From assembly GCA_965235115.1 (NCBI GenBank), contig OZ249436.1, forward strand, positions 51,400,001 through 51,464,000: DNA of 64,000 nt, given 5' to 3'. Source of the stretch: Laetmonice hystrix. Its lineage: Eukaryota. Each line of letters opens with the position of its first letter. The first letter of the stretch is position 1. Made by a program: the position numbers and the translations under genes. Shown in pieces: positions 62,420-64,000 of the stretch. The notes under the pieces were generated by a model. It did not search any database. It was not told the origin of the DNA and worked only from the letters and a program-made list of their open reading frames with translations.

Positions 62420-62862
62420 ACAATGCGTTGATCACGGAAAGCTTCCGCAACCTGGTGAGACGAAGATAATTTGTCAGGCGACCTAATGTAGTTCCAAAAA
62501 CGGCGGAACATGGCACACCCAAACTACGGTATGATTTCTACCATTCGAAGATCGCGTCTCTTGAGGATTTCTCGACACGTGCTTGGTGGAAACATTTCAA
62601 GTCGCTTCTGGGCACGTCGACAAATGGGAACAGTAGGTCTACAATGCAGGGCCTGGCCAATAATACCGATGGCAATATGGGCCACTTGGCCAATACTATA
62701 AACGACTTTTTTGTGTCGGTCAGTGATGACTTACCAAGACTACAACCGACCCATCCGATCTTTAAAGTCAGTGTCCCCTGCAATCTGAATCCACCATTAG
62801 TGTGCAGGACACGCGGCACTCAGTGAGATCAACGTGAACAAAGCCATGGGTCCTGACAATAA
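62420..62862 (+). mobile_element. Frameshifted fragment of non-LTR retrotransposon ORF2 (CR1/L2-group linker upstream of RT)
   Basis: Translates to KLRYDFYHSKIASLEDFSTRAWWKHFKSLLG...LANTINDFFVSVSDDLP and, after a frameshift, ALSEINVNKAMGPDN (KAxGPD pre-RT motif). Confidence 0.8.
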
Positions 62863-64000
62863 TATAACTTGTGAAAATCAGCAACGATCATTCTGATCCA
62901 GAAAAAGCATCCACCTGAATCGGTAGAAAAAGGCATAAGGTCAGTCGGCCCCAAGGTGTTCGAATTACTCGTGCTGAAGTGGGTCAACAACATAATCAGC
63001 CCCCCAGATCGGTGACAGGCAATTTGGGGCGAGGCCTGTTACAGAGTTAAGTGGGTCCTCTGCTTCGAGATTGTGGAACTTCCTTCCGCTCGTCGGATTT
63101 CCGCCAAGAACACAGTTCTGGTTATGAAAAGTCCCCCACCTTATTTTTGCATATCTATACTTCAGGATATCATATTATTAATTCTTGACGTCATACTCAA
63201 ATCGTGGGCAAACGAACTGCAACTGTGTATGATCAATACAAGTGGTTATTCCGGCTAATGTAAAGGATTGCACAAAAATTGGGCGAGGGATTTGAAATCA
63301 AGTGGGGGTCTACGTTTGGTGGATGGTGGCGGACGCTCGTGGTCACAGATGAAAAACTATAACAACCGGGTTCTTCAGCAACTTAGTCAGCAACAGCGTG
63401 CGGCGATCGGCGGAGGTTGAGTGTTATCAGCTCGTCTCCTCAAGTAACGTCTGGCATCGTGTCCCGTCCCGTTCTGACTAGCCTATTCCCTGTTCCGATA
63501 TTTATACCCAGAGCCTTCTCACCGGGAGTTCCCCGACTTATCTTGTTGACATTCTTTAGCATTTCAAACTGTCTATTCTGCACGATATGACTGGGGTTTG
63601 GCTACCCTTATGACCCTGAACAATGTTAACATACATGATTTTATAATAACAACCATCGGTTATCTGACCTATTAACCCTCAACCATGCACGGGCGGTCGT
63701 AACTATAGCAACGCACCCGGACTACCTAATGATGTTTACAACAATACGTGGAACCCTATTATCTATGGAATGTCCCAATCTCTGTAGTCATTAATCAACA
63801 GGTTCTCCCCTCCGCCATCACGTGAGTATGAATCATAATCTACTAAACTTAACCATGACATCATGGTTCTGACTACAGAGTCCTGGCATCAGAGCCCCCT
63901 GGTGGTTCCCTTCTTCTTAGCCCCCTAGCGGCAAAGGGGTGACTTTCTTACAGATTACTGGAGGTGGAAGGCGCCACTTCTCCAGGAGTTGGGGCTGTGC

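Overview
Eukaryotic nuclear DNA, probably an invertebrate animal (inference from the SINE/MITE types, spliceosomal introns and CCA-less Pol III tRNA genes). Bases 1 to ~33,400 are the right end of a homogenised tandem tRNA array that runs off the left edge of the window. It holds 36 tRNA-Gln(CTG)-type and 35 tRNA-Asn(GTT)-type genes alternating on the + strand. Unit length is quantised at 794/921/1048 bp because each tRNA-Asn is preceded by 1, 2 or 3 copies of a 127-bp module (about 71 in total). Each module holds the first 31 nt of tRNA-Asn (A-box retained), a fixed tail and a T5 Pol III terminator. The array has higher-order periods of 8416 and 9341 bp, carries recurrent variant tRNA alleles (one with the anticodon switched to CGG), and ends in two diverged units that appear to preserve the ancestral layout. 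The tRNA-Asn has a T at the discriminator position. Bases ~33,400-64,000 are ordinary single-copy DNA with four candidate uncharacterised genes: a 395-aa two-TM protein with repeated SP-S-[VI]-Y-S-M motifs, a 3-exon 432-aa protein with an internally duplicated helical domain, a 144-aa two-TM protein and a possible 2-exon 80-aa protein. This half also has MITEs (several with 5-bp TSDs), SINEs, a LINE remnant and simple repeats. All calls are by eye; no database search was run.
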